NCBI GenBank assembly: GCA_965218585.1 | Contig: CBDCLE010000010.1 | Location: forward strand, 96,001-160,000 | Reading direction: 5' to 3' | Length of the DNA stretch: 64,000 nucleotides | Source of the DNA: Terriglobia bacterium | GTDB lineage: Bacteria; Acidobacteriota; Terriglobia; 20CM-2-55-15 | Shown: positions 39,381 to 49,800 of the stretch, in pieces | How positions within the stretch are numbered: the stretch's first letter is position 1 | Layout of the letters: every line of letters begins with the position of its first letter | Position numbers and translations under genes: made by a program | Notes under the pieces: model-generated | The model's database searches: none | Told to the model about the DNA's origin: nothing | The model's input: only the letters and a program-made list of their open reading frames with translations

Positions 39381-40931
39381 TTAGCCGGCCCTGCACGCCG
39401 TGCTCGCGCGCAGCCCCTTCCATGTGCTGTAGCACATGAGAACCAGCACCAGCGCGAAGGGGATGGCAGTGGCTAGGGTGGCCGCCTGCGCTGCCACGAG
39501 GCCTCCGCCGAGCAGCAGCGCGATGGCGACGAGCCCCTCGAAGACGCACCAGAACGCGCGCTGGGCAATCGGCGTGTCCAGCTTGCCGCCGGCCGTGATG
39601 GTGTCGATGACCAGCGATCCGGAGTCGGATGAGGTGACGAAGAACACCACCACCAGTACGAGGCCGAGGAACGACGCGATGTTGGCAAGCGGCAGCGTCT
39701 CCAGCATTGCGAACAACGCGATTTCTGGCTGCTGCGTCTGTACCGCCGCGATCACATCGAGATGACCGCGGTCGAGGTACTGCGACACCGCGGTCCCGCC
39801 GAAGGCATTCATCCATATTGCGGCAATCAGCGTCGGGACGATCAGCACGCTGGCGATCAACTCACGGACCGTCCGTCCCCGGGAGATCCGGGCGATGAAC
39901 AGGCCGACGAAAGGGGACCACGAAAGCCACCAGGCCCAAAAGAATGTCGTCCATTCGTGCATGAAGTGGAGGTCCTCGCGGCCCATCCAGTTGCTGAGCG
40001 GCCCGATCGACACTAGATACTGGCCGAGACTGGTCACGGTGCTGGTGGCGATGTCTCGCGTTGGCCCGAGCGCCAGCACGAACGCCAGCAGCAACAGGGC
40101 GAGCAGCAGATTGGCCTCGCTCAATCGCTTGACCCCCTTCACCATCCCGCTGACAACCGATGCCAGTGCTATGGCTGTGATGCCGGCGATCAGCAGCACC
40201 TGGGTGGTATCGGTCACCGGCACCCCCCACAGGCGGGCCAGCCCCGCCGCCACTTGTTTGGCCCCCAGGCCGAGCGACGTGGCCAGCCCGAAGAGCGTGG
40301 CGAAGACGGCAAGGGTATCGATGCCGTGGCCGAACCGGCCCCACACCGCCTTCCCCAGGAGCGGATAGAATGCCGACCGAAGCGTCAACGGCAGGCCGAG
40401 GTTGTAGGAAGCGAAGCCGATCGACAGTGCGACCACCGCGTACATGGCCCACCCATGGAAGCCCCAGTGGTAAATGGCGCCGGCCATGCCGAGGCGCGCC
40501 GCCGCGTCGCCCGCCTCGAGGCCGAGCGGCGGTTGCAGGAAATGCTCCACCGGCTCCGACACCCCGAAGAACATCAGGCCGATGCCCGTCCCGGCGGCGA
40601 ACAGCATGGCGAACCAGGCCGATCGGGAATAGTCCGGTCGGGCATCCGCACCGCCCAGGCGCACGCGGCCGAGCGGGGTCACCACCAGCAGCAGGCAGAA
40701 GAGCACAAAGAGGTTCCCGGCGCCCATGAGCACCCAGTCGAAGGTCGACATGAGCCACGCGCGCAACGCCACAAAGGCGGCCGTTGCCCCGGTCTGGAAC
40801 GCCAGCACTCCGGTGACGAACAGAACGGTGCTCAGGCTGGAGACGACGAAAACCGGATTGTGGACATCGAGGCCGAGGAACTGGACGTTGTCTTGACCCA
40901 GCCTGTAGTCGATCGTCGAACTCTTAGCCAT
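39381..40931 (-). CDS. BCCT family (betaine/choline/carnitine) transporter
   Basis: WFAMLFAAG.GIGLMF, HWG.HGW, WAWWLSWSPFVG.FIARISRGRT and FFVTSSDSGS motifs. Confidence 0.95.
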   Translation of the reverse strand: MAKSSTIDYRLGQDNVQFLGLDVHNPVFVVSSLSTVLFVTGVLAFQTGATAAFVALRAWLMSTFDWVLMGAGNLFVLFCLLLVVTPLGRVRLGGADARPDYSRSAWFAMLFAAGTGIGLMFFGVSEPVEHFLQPPLGLEAGDAAARLGMAGAIYHWGFHGWAMYAVVALSIGFASYNLGLPLTLRSAFYPLLGKAVWGRFGHGIDTLAVFATLFGLATSLGLGAKQVAAGLARLWGVPVTDTTQVLLIAGITAIALASVVSGMVKGVKRLSEANLLLALLLLAFVLALGPTRDIATSTVTSLGQYLVSIGPLSNWMGREDLHFMHEWTTFFWAWWLSWSPFVGLFIARISRGRTVRELIASVLIVPTLIAAIWMNAFGGTAVSQYLDRGHLDVIAAVQTQQPEIALFAMLETLPLANIASFLGLVLVVVFFVTSSDSGSLVIDTITAGGKLDTPIAQRAFWCVFEGLVAIALLLGGGLVAAQAATLATAIPFALVLVLMCYSTWKGLRASTACRAG

Positions 40932-40969
40932 AGGGTTTCATCGGCAGCGTTGCAGGACAGCCGCTGGAC

Positions 40970-41091
40970 ACCGGCCCCGATCGTGAACTTCTCGTTCCTC
41001 CACTCCGCGCCGCCGCCGCCGTGCACCATATCGTTGATCTTGTAGGTGATGTCGAAGTTGAGGTTGACGTCGTCCTGCCGGTAGCTGCCGG
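40970..41091 (-). pseudogene. Internal fragment of a TonB-dependent receptor
   Basis: GSYRQDDVNLNFDITYKINDMVHGGGGAEWRNEKFTIGAG, a beta-barrel strand pattern. Confidence 0.5.
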
Positions 41092-41307
41092 GTCGAATCC
41101 GTTTTCTTCCAGACTCCGGTTTACTCGCTCGCAGAAGACATGTCCTTTCGTCCGTGGCGACTCCTGGGTCGCGACCCGCAACGATTCCTGGTGTCGCTTT
41201 CTCCGTCCCATGCCCATATCGCATCCTCCTTCACTCATCTTCGTCGCGATACAGACGCATGGGATCTGTTGGGATCTATAGGGTGGACTTCAATCACCGG
41301 CTTCTAG
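41092..41307 (-). mobile_element. 5' remnant of an IS1182/IS5-like element
   Basis: MGMGRRKRHQESLRVAT...GHVFCERVNRSLEENGFD (41217-41092); element begins at a ctag overlapping the receptor stop. Confidence 0.55.
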
Positions 41308-44300
41308 AACTCGTAGCGCAAGCCGAACTGCATGACCCGAGGAGGGATCATCACCTGTGAGTAGTTGCCAAAACTGCCGGGAAAGACGAACGAGAGCGTT
41401 TCCCATGCGTCGGGGTTGAACCGAACGCTGTTGGTCACGTTGAAGGCCTCGGCACGAAACTGAAGACTGTGCCCCTCGAATGGCATCGGGAAGCGTTTTC
41501 CGATAGCCATGTCGATCGAGAATATCCCATCGCCGCGCAGATTGTTCCGTTGCCCGATTTCGCCGGGCAGGACTTGCCGGAACGAGGCCAGGGCCGCCGC
41601 AGGATCGCTGAAGACGTTCGGTCCCGTGCCCCCTCCGATCAACCGGGCGTTCTTCGCGTTGGTCTGTTCCGGGACCGGGCCCACCGGTTCGGCAAAGTGC
41701 TGGTAGCAATAGCACGTCGGCCAAGCCAGACCGTTCAACACACTGAGGGGAAGGCCGGACGTCAAGCGCAACAGGCCGCTGAGCTGCCAGTCGCCCAGCA
41801 CGGCTTGGCCCGCCGACCCCAAGTTGGGCAGGACGGGTTTCCCGCGGCCGATCGGCAACTCGACGACCCAGTTGGCGTTCCATTGGTGGCGCATGTCGAA
41901 ATCGGAGACGGCCCGCTGCGCCTCCCGGTCCCAGGAGTTGATGACGCTGAACGTCGACCAATAGGTGTCTCCCGGAATCTGGCCGAACCGTTCGCCCTGG
42001 CTGCGGCGGGCGCCCACCGACACCAGGTCCGTGGACTTCGACAAGGTGTAGTTCAGGTGGAACTGGTACCCTTGGGAGAAGGCTTTGCGCAGCGACACTT
42101 GCATCGAGTGGTAGGTGGAGGTTCCGAAAGACCGGAGGGCATCGAAGGCCCAGAACTGGGGGTTCATGAAGGTCCCTTGCCCCAGATCGCTGCAGAACGG
42201 GGCGCAGGCGGAATCGAGATAGTAGAGCGCCGTGCCGGTATCGGGACTGCTGGACCGAATGACGTCGTAGACGCGCTGAGTCGCCGTGGCCTCCGGCGTG
42301 GCGGCTCCGGAATAGAGGTTTTCCCAGAACGCGACTGGTTGCACGGCTTCAGCCGACTCCCCGCGCCGCACCATGAGTTCGAGTTCCCGGAGCGAGTCCA
42401 TCAAATGTTGGCCGGACACCGGATCCCTGAAGTTGGTGTACTGAGCCGCGGCCGTGTCGTTGACGAGCAGTCGGCGGCCGAGTCTGCCGACGTAGCCGAT
42501 CTCGACGAGGAACCCGCCGTCCAACTCACGGGCGATAGAGAAGGTGGGGTTGATGCTGTATGGAGGCCGCACACTGGAGTCGACTCCCTGGCTCCATCCC
42601 AATCCGGTCGGGTTTGGCGTGCCCGGCCCTCCTGGCGGAGCAGGCAAGATCCCTCCAGCCGGGAGGGTTGAAATCCCGGCGAAGCGAGGCGCCGCCGCCA
42701 CAGTGGAGATCTGGTTGGTCACCTTGCTGGTGAGGCCGAACGCGTTCCGGTCGAGCATCTGCATCATGCCCATGCCGAAGCTGCTGTAGAAGATGCCCAC
42801 CCCCGCCCGGATCGATGTCTGTCCCGCGCTGCCGAACAGCTTGCCCAGAAAACCATCGCGAACATCTGGCGAGAAGGCTACGGCAAGCCGGGGGGAGAAA
42901 TTCTTGTAATGGGTACTCCACAGCGGGCCTCCTTGCGCATCGTCGGCCCGCACGAAGCCGATGGGTCCCGCTTCACGCGAGGGCCGACCGTTCGCCGCCA
43001 AGTCCAGGCGGTGAGCGATGTAGGCGTCGAGACCCGGCGTGATGCTGACCTGGAGTCCGTTCACCTCCCGGACCGGCGGCATGACAGACCAACGCAGGCC
43101 GGCCGTCACCGTCAGGCCTGGCCGCATGCGCCAGGTGTCCTGGAGGTAGAGTTCCAGTTGTTCCGCCCCGAAAGTTCGGCTCACGGGGTCTCCCAGGGGC
43201 AACGGATTGCCCTCCAGGTCGTAGTTGTAATTGGCATCGTAGAAGTTGAGGACCCCCAGGGCGGTCGCCATGGTTTCCCGGTAGGCGCCGGGGTTGGCGG
43301 GCGGGGCGGGGAGCGGCCCATCGAAGACGGTGGAGACGTCGGCAAGTGCCCAAGCGGCCTGTTTCCCGAAGTGATAGCTGTTGTCGTAACTTAAACGGCG
43401 GTTCCGGGTCGAAAAGAAGTCCCCGCCGAACTGCAGGAGATGCGGACCGCGCGTGAGGGAGAAGTTTGCCGTCACCGTCTGCGTCGGCAAGTAGGTGTCC
43501 CGGGGAGTCGTCGCACCCAGGATATCGTCGATGATGCTGTCTCCGAGACTGGCCCGGGATGCTGTCTGGACACCCGAAACATTCAACTTCTGGGCACTGA
43601 ATCCGTAGCGGAAAGCGCCGAAGACGTTGCCGCCGAACGTCCCGTCGTATCCGAATGCCAACCCGCGGCTGGTGTCGGCCGTCTCCGTGTTGGGGGGCTG
43701 GCCGGGAAACTGGGGCAGGTTCGAGATGCGGTCGTTCTGGTAGTTGACGCGCAGGAACATGCGGTGCAGACCGTTCCGGTCCGCAGTCCAATCAATCTTC
43801 GAAACGAATGTGTTCCAGGCCAGGGGCGTCGAGGCCGTGAACCGGTATCCGGCCGTGTTCAAGCCATCGCCGACGGTGGAGTCGTTCGGTTCCGGAAAGG
43901 ACCTGAAGTATTCGAGAGTGGCGGGATTGGGACCCGTCCCCAGAGGATCGATCCGGGTGCGGATGAATGCCGGATCAAGCGTTCTGACATCCCCGCCGGC
44001 GCTCCTGTACCGGACGAATCCATCGCGCATCGAAGCCGTCGGCACCCGGCGCACCGCGCTGCCTTCGCTGGCGTCCCGGCGGCCTTCGTAGTTCACGAAG
44101 TAGAAGAGGCGGTCCCGCTTGACGGGGCCACCGAGGGAACCGCCGAAGACGTTGCGGATCAGCTTGGGGCGACCGACACCGGCCCTGTTGTTGAAGAAAT
44201 CATTCGCCGCCGTGATCGTGTTCCGGTGAAATTCGTAGAGTGATCCGTGGACCTCGTTGGTACCGCTCTTCGTCACCAGCGATACCTGCGCGCCCGACGA

Positions 44301-45017
44301 GCGACCCTGGTCGGCATTGGCGGTGGTCGTCACCACACGGAATTCTTGAATCGAATCCAGCGTGTTGCGCAGCACGCTGGTGAAGGGCGTGCGTCCGTTC
44401 TGATCGTTCACATCGACCCCGTCCAGCGTTACGTTCGACTGGTCGCTCTGGGCTCCGTTCACCGAACCATTCCGGATATCCGCCGATCGCTGGGTGTCCA
44501 ACGGGTCCGCGCTGATGAAGGTGACACCCGCCTGCAGCGAGAGCAGACCGGCCGGATTTCGGGCATTCAGCGGCAATTGGCTGATCGGCCGGGGGCCGAA
44601 CGCGTTTCCTACCGACGCATCCGTGGTATTCAGCTGTTCGGCCACCGCGGCCACCGTGACGGACTCGGTGAGCGCCGCGACTTCGAATGTCACGGGAAGC
44701 TCGACGTTCGTGTTGACGAGCAACGTGAGGCCTTCAATAATCACCGATTGGAAGCCCGGCTGTGTCGCCGACAGCGTATAGGAGCCGGGTGGGAGCTGGG
44801 CAAAGATGTAGAGTCCCTCATTGTTGGACAGTATGGTGCGCTGGAGACCGTTGGCCGCGTTCGTCACGGTGATCTCGGCGCCGGGGAACACGGCGCCGCT
44901 CTCGTCGGTGACCCGTCCGCTCAAACTACTGGATTGAGCGTGAGAAGTTGGAGCGGCGAGGGTGATTGCCATCAGGAAGATCAAAAACGCAGAGTAGAAT
45001 CGAATGGGTTCCATCAT
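41304..45017 (-). CDS. TonB-dependent receptor with carboxypeptidase-regulatory-like N-domain (Oar-like)
   Basis: Signal peptide; LSGRVTD.SGA, LPLNARN, DSIQEFRV, TKSGTN; C-terminal PRVMQFGLRYEF. Confidence 0.93.
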   Translation of the reverse strand: MMEPIRFYSAFLIFLMAITLAAPTSHAQSSSLSGRVTDESGAVFPGAEITVTNAANGLQRTILSNNEGLYIFAQLPPGSYTLSATQPGFQSVIIEGLTLLVNTNVELPVTFEVAALTESVTVAAVAEQLNTTDASVGNAFGPRPISQLPLNARNPAGLLSLQAGVTFISADPLDTQRSADIRNGSVNGAQSDQSNVTLDGVDVNDQNGRTPFTSVLRNTLDSIQEFRVVTTTANADQGRSSGAQVSLVTKSGTNEVHGSLYEFHRNTITAANDFFNNRAGVGRPKLIRNVFGGSLGGPVKRDRLFYFVNYEGRRDASEGSAVRRVPTASMRDGFVRYRSAGGDVRTLDPAFIRTRIDPLGTGPNPATLEYFRSFPEPNDSTVGDGLNTAGYRFTASTPLAWNTFVSKIDWTADRNGLHRMFLRVNYQNDRISNLPQFPGQPPNTETADTSRGLAFGYDGTFGGNVFGAFRYGFSAQKLNVSGVQTASRASLGDSIIDDILGATTPRDTYLPTQTVTANFSLTRGPHLLQFGGDFFSTRNRRLSYDNSYHFGKQAAWALADVSTVFDGPLPAPPANPGAYRETMATALGVLNFYDANYNYDLEGNPLPLGDPVSRTFGAEQLELYLQDTWRMRPGLTVTAGLRWSVMPPVREVNGLQVSITPGLDAYIAHRLDLAANGRPSREAGPIGFVRADDAQGGPLWSTHYKNFSPRLAVAFSPDVRDGFLGKLFGSAGQTSIRAGVGIFYSSFGMGMMQMLDRNAFGLTSKVTNQISTVAAAPRFAGISTLPAGGILPAPPGGPGTPNPTGLGWSQGVDSSVRPPYSINPTFSIARELDGGFLVEIGYVGRLGRRLLVNDTAAAQYTNFRDPVSGQHLMDSLRELELMVRRGESAEAVQPVAFWENLYSGAATPEATATQRVYDVIRSSSPDTGTALYYLDSACAPFCSDLGQGTFMNPQFWAFDALRSFGTSTYHSMQVSLRKAFSQGYQFHLNYTLSKSTDLVSVGARRSQGERFGQIPGDTYWSTFSVINSWDREAQRAVSDFDMRHQWNANWVVELPIGRGKPVLPNLGSAGQAVLGDWQLSGLLRLTSGLPLSVLNGLAWPTCYCYQHFAEPVGPVPEQTNAKNARLIGGGTGPNVFSDPAAALASFRQVLPGEIGQRNNLRGDGIFSIDMAIGKRFPMPFEGHSLQFRAEAFNVTNSVRFNPDAWETLSFVFPGSFGNYSQVMIPPRVMQFGLRYEF

Positions 45018-45587
45018 TCAGAATTTTCCTCCAGGCTGTGAGCTGAAATACCGAGCCTTTTGAGATCGCGCAGCGAACGGATTTTGGGGTCGAATGGTCG
45101 ATCCTGATGGTTCGCTGCACGGGGAAAGCAGAATCACCCCTGGGCGCGCGCGGCTTTTTCCTTCTGCTCGATGTTCCCGAACATCACCCTCGTATGGGAG
45201 TCATAAGCTACCGTATTAATAAATCGAGGTCAAGGAGGCGGAAGCGGGATGGCGCGCTCGGTGCAGGAACCCGCTTCGGGGCGGGACTCCGATTTGCTTC
45301 TCGTCCACGGCCTGCACGGCGGGTACGATTCGGGGCTCGATGCCAGGTGCGCGTCAGTTTTGCCAACGCGGGCGGGATGCCCCCGCCGCCGATAAGCGCT
45401 GCGACGACTGCACCCGGTTCCGCCCCTTGAGGATAGCACTCGCGTCGGCCGCGAGACGCCTGGGGGCTCGGAGGACAGTAGCCGTACGCGTTTCATGACG
45501 TCTGGGTGGGTGGGGGCACGCCGATCATGGAGGTTCGCCGGATTCACGCTGAGATTACCGGTAAAGGTGGCCGATGACCACGCGCAA

Positions 45588-45727
45588 ACCTGGAACGCCA
45601 GCACCCCGGCGACGAATGCGATGATGGTGAGGCTGGAGACGACGAAAACCGGATTATGGATGTCGAGGCCGAGGAACTGGACGTTGTCCTGACCCGGCTT
45701 GTAGTCGATCTTCGAGATCTCAGCCAT
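45588..45727 (-). pseudogene. 5' fragment of a second BCCT transporter
   Basis: MAEISKIDYKPGQDNVQFLGLDIHNPVFVVSSL...VLAFQ parallels the start of 39381-40931. Confidence 0.85.
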
Positions 45728-45970
45728 ACGGTTTCGTCAGCGGTGCTGCAGCACAGCCGTTCCACCGCCACCACGGCGGTAAGCGGCGGGGCAATGACGT
45801 GCGCCGTGCACGTCTAATACTGCCGCTGGCCAAAGGCCGGTCATTTTTCGCGACCCGTAAAGCTTAGGCAATACTAGAGTGTTGCACACCCGCTCCTTTG
45901 TGCAACCCACCGGCAGTGTCTAACACCCTTGGTGAAGCTGGAAGGATTGCGCGTGGCCACCACCGGCCGA

Positions 45971-47166
45971 GAGGTCATTACAAAAGGTGTGTAAAAGTCA
46001 TCAGGCGGCGGCCTTCGATTTCATCACGACTCTGATGCCGTCAGCGAATTGCTGACCATCATAGACCTCTTGTAAGAGTTCGGATCCTTTTAAGTGTCGC
46101 CAAGCCTTCTCAGCGACACGTAGTAGCTTCCAGATCATTGCCGTTGCATTCTCGACACGCTTGAATCGGCGAACTGATCCCGCTTTCGTTCGCAGGCCGC
46201 GCGGGAGTTCGCGAAGGCCATCCCATGAAGCAGCTGTCTGGCCGCGGGCTGCTCGGTCTTCGGCAGATGATCGACCACGTTGATCGACTTGTGGTTCCAG
46301 CAGCGTTGTTCCTGGCCCTGGGGCTGTTGCTCGGCCAGCGCGGACCAGATGCCCAGGTGACCGTCCGCGACAGTCAGCCGTCCCAGCTTCAGGCCCCGTC
46401 TCTGGAGATTGCGCAGAATGCGGCTCCAGGACTCCTTGTTTTTCCGCTGCCCGCTCTCACAGGCCAACACCACTTTGCGCCCGTCTGACAAGGCTCCGAT
46501 GATCACCAGCAATGCCGCTCGCTCTTTCGCGATCCCCGCTTTCACGTACAAGCCGTCTGCCCACTGGTACACGACCTCGAGGCCGGACAGGTCCTGCTGG
46601 ACCCACTCGTCATACTCCAACTGCCAGGTCGATTTCAGTCGTTGGATCGATGCTCGCGACAACGGAGCGCCAGCGCCAAGCAGTCCGCGCATGGCCTGCT
46701 CGAAGTCCCCTGTGGCCAGACCGTGGAGGTAGAGATCGGGAAGTAGCTCGCCCAGCTGTTTCGATTTCCGTCGAAAATACGGCAGGATCTGACTCTCGAA
46801 CCGCTCGGCGGTGTTTCGAACCCGAGGTCGTCGAACCTCCATCGTACCGTTCATCATTGCGAAGCGTCGCGGCTTCCCGTGACCGTTCCGGTATCCTCGT
46901 CGATTCGGACTCCGCTCCGACTTTTCCCGACCCAGAAATTGAGTGACTTCGTCCTCGAGCAGCTCCTGTAGCCAGACTTGGACCCGGGATCGCGCCCAGT
47001 CCTCCAAACCTTCATACGCGTTCGTTGACGCCACTGATGCCGGTATGTTCTTCTTCTTCATGGGTGGTGTACCTTTCTCCCGATTGCTGCCGGGATTGCT
47101 TACGGTTTCGAATTCACCGAAAGCGTACACCGCCTTCTCTTTTTACACACCGATTGGAACGACCTC
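45971..47166 (-). mobile_element. IS256-family element, copy A2 (169-bp internal deletion, transposase frameshifted)
   Basis: Same IRs as 1319-2697; lacks the bases equivalent to 1535-1703; 1196 = 1379-14-169. Confidence 0.92.
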
Positions 47167-47223
47167 TATCTGGTTGATTTGTTGTTTACCAGACTTCAAA
47201 GCAACCAAGGGAGATACGCCACT

Positions 47224-48792
47224 ATGAGCAAGAGTAACGTGAATGGACCGGAGGGTCGAGAGACGATTGAGGATCCGATAACAGAGCTACTACGAGTTGG
47301 AGCTCAGCAACTGATCCAACGCGCGGTGGAAACCGAATTGGCGGAACTGCTATCCCACCACGGCGATCGGAGAACCGAGACGGGCAACGCCGGGGTGGTG
47401 CGCAACGGTTATCTGCCTGAACGTGAACTGCAGACCGGTTTGGGGCCGGTAACGGTCCAGATCCCGAAAGTCCGAGCGAAGACTGGCGACCCGGTAACGT
47501 TCCGGTCGGCCCTGGTACCTCCCTACATTCGGAAAACGAAATCGCTGGAAGCAGCGGTGCCGTGGTTGCGGCGATGGGTCCGGGAGCGGAAGATGCGTTT
47601 GGGCTGGCACCGGCCGGGGGCGGTGGTGCCGCTGGATCCGGAACAGGCGCGGGAAGCGGAAGTGGACTGGGGGACGGGCTGGGTCCGGATGAAGGGTGAA
47701 GACGTTCAGGTCAAACTGTTCTGCATGCGGAGCCGGTACTCGGGCAAGTCGTTCGTGCGGGCGTATCCGCGGGAACGGCAGGCGATGTTCCTGGACGGTC
47801 ACATCCGGGCGTTCGGCTGGTACGGCGGCGTATTCCCGGCCGTGGTCTTCGATAACCTGAAGACAGCTGTGAGGCGGATTCTGAGGGGGAAGGCCCGGAT
47901 CGAGCAGGACCGGTTCACGGCGTTACGAGCCCACTACACCTTTGAAGCGCGGTTCTGTAATCCGGCCCGGGGCCAGGAGAAAGGTGGTGTCGAGGGCCTG
48001 ATCGGTTTCGCACGCCGGAATTTCCTGGTGCCGATTCCCGAGGTGGCCGACTTCGAGGAACTGAACGCGCAGCTGCTGGAACGCTGCGCGACCGACGAGC
48101 AGCGCCGGATCGGCGGCCGGGCCGACGCCCGCACGATCGGGGAACGGCACGCGGTCGAGAAAGAGCGCCTGTTGGCGCTGCCCGAGACGCCATTCGAAAA
48201 CACGAAGGTGGTGGGCGTGCGGATCAGCCGGTACCAGGCCGCCCAGGTGGATTCGAACCGCTACTCGGTGCCGACCGCGTATGTGGGACGCCGGCTCTGG
48301 GCCCATATCGGCTGTGACCGGGTGAGCTTTTACGCGGACCAGAAGAAGGTGGCCGAACATGCCCGCGCCTTCGGTCATAGCGACTGGCGGACCGATCCGT
48401 TGCACTACCTGGAGTTGATCCGGCGGAAGGTGGCCTCGTTTGAGAGTGCCCGCCCGATCCGGCAGTGGCGGCCCCAGTGGCCGGCCCATTACGAGACGGT
48501 GCTGGAGCGGTTGCGGGACCGGCATGGGTACAGCCGGGGCACCCGGGAGTTCATCAGCATCCTGCAACTCCACCAGGACTGGGATCTGGGCCGGGTGTCG
48601 GCCGCCGTCCAGGATGCGCTCGATGCCCACTGCGCCGAACTGGAAGCGGTGCGGCACATTCTGATGCGGGAGGACGCGCCCGCCCGATCCCATGCCCCGC
48701 TCGAGTCCGGACTGATGCCCGGGATCACGGACCGGGCGATTGCCGGAACCGATCTGAATCGATACGACCTGTTGGCTGGAGGTGTGCGATGA
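47224..48792 (+). CDS. In-frame chimera: IS256 transposase N-terminus fused to IS21 IstA core
   Basis: VVRNGYLPERELQTGLG...SALVPPY.RKTKSLEAAVPWL (IS256), then AEVDWG, FDNLKTAV, GQEKGGVE, NRYSVP (IstA). Confidence 0.85.
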   Translation: MSKSNVNGPEGRETIEDPITELLRVGAQQLIQRAVETELAELLSHHGDRRTETGNAGVVRNGYLPERELQTGLGPVTVQIPKVRAKTGDPVTFRSALVPPYIRKTKSLEAAVPWLRRWVRERKMRLGWHRPGAVVPLDPEQAREAEVDWGTGWVRMKGEDVQVKLFCMRSRYSGKSFVRAYPRERQAMFLDGHIRAFGWYGGVFPAVVFDNLKTAVRRILRGKARIEQDRFTALRAHYTFEARFCNPARGQEKGGVEGLIGFARRNFLVPIPEVADFEELNAQLLERCATDEQRRIGGRADARTIGERHAVEKERLLALPETPFENTKVVGVRISRYQAAQVDSNRYSVPTAYVGRRLWAHIGCDRVSFYADQKKVAEHARAFGHSDWRTDPLHYLELIRRKVASFESARPIRQWRPQWPAHYETVLERLRDRHGYSRGTREFISILQLHQDWDLGRVSAAVQDALDAHCAELEAVRHILMREDAPARSHAPLESGLMPGITDRAIAGTDLNRYDLLAGGVR

Positions 48793-49580
48793 CTCCGGGT
48801 CAGGAGGTGGTCCTGGACGACGCATTGCGGCAGCTCCGGTTGCCGGCCATGGTCCGTGCCTGGCGGGAATACGGCCGGCAGGCCAAGGAAGCCGGCGAGG
48901 GGTACCCCGGCTTTCTGCTGGCTCTGGCCAGTCGTGAGTTGGAACAGCGGCAAGCCAATCAGATCCAGCGCCGGTTGCGCACGGCCCGGTTCCCACGGTT
49001 GAAAACCCTGGAAACGACCGACCTGAACAAGTGGCCGGCACTGGATGCGGTCCAGGTGCGCGACTATGCCGAGTGCGACACCATCACCCGGTGCGAGAAC
49101 GTTGTGTTGTTGGGCAAGCACGGCACCGGCAAGACTCACGCCGCGACGGTGTGGGGCGTGGAAGCCTGCCGGAGGGGCTACCGCGTCGGGTTCACCACGG
49201 CCGCGGGGCGGGTCAATTCGCTGATCGAGTCCCGTGAGGAGCGACAGTTGAAGCAGCAACTGGCGAAGTTGTCCCGCTTCGAGCTGCTCATCGTCGACGA
49301 GGTCGGCTATATCCCGTTCTCGGCCGAGGGTGCCCAGTTGCTGTTTCAGGTCTTCTCGGACCGGTACGAAAAGGGTTCCCTCATCGTGACGTCGAACCTG
49401 CCGTTTGCGCAGTGGACCAGCGTGTTCGGCGATGCCGCCCTGACCGCGGCCCTGTTGGACCGATTGACCCATCACTGCGCGATTCATCAGTTCGATTGGG
49501 AAAGCATCCGGTTCACCGAGAGTCTCGGTGCCGCCAACAAGCGGAAGAAGAAACCCCGGTCCGCCGAAGGCTCCGCGTGA
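48789..49580 (+). CDS. istB: IS21 helper ATPase IstB
   Basis: ATGA overlap; GKHGTGKT, VDEVGY, TSNLPF.QW and LLDRLTHH motifs; IS right end with gggtggg..ctttttac repeats to ~49781. Confidence 0.93.
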   Translation: MTPGQEVVLDDALRQLRLPAMVRAWREYGRQAKEAGEGYPGFLLALASRELEQRQANQIQRRLRTARFPRLKTLETTDLNKWPALDAVQVRDYAECDTITRCENVVLLGKHGTGKTHAATVWGVEACRRGYRVGFTTAAGRVNSLIESREERQLKQQLAKLSRFELLIVDEVGYIPFSAEGAQLLFQVFSDRYEKGSLIVTSNLPFAQWTSVFGDAALTAALLDRLTHHCAIHQFDWESIRFTESLGAANKRKKKPRSAEGSA

Positions 49581-49597
49581 AACACACGCGAGCGAGC

Positions 49598-49693
49598 GGC
49601 TGTGGAAAGTGCCGCCACCGTGGAAACCCGCTGCAAAGCCGGCGCGTTACCACCGCGGCTTGGAAGCTTTCGGCTTCCACACTTCCCGCAACC
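49598..49693 (+). other. Nested-hairpin IS-end motif, copy E3
   Basis: ggcTGTGGAAAG..CGTGGAAAC..GTTACCAC..TTGGAAGC..CTTCCACA CTTCCCGCAacc. Confidence 0.7.
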
Positions 49694-49800
49694 CCGACGG
49701 CGGATTTACTTACAAACCATTAACCCGGGGGGTGGGTCCTTTTTACTCGACCGGGGTGGGCTCTTTTTACGTTGTCAAAGCGAGGAGTAGGCAGTGACGG

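Noticed and set aside
1319-47166. Composite transposon bounded by the two IS256-A copies
   Set aside because: The outer flanks (cgcttgac / tatctggt) are not a duplication, and the interior holds tRNA and housekeeping genes.
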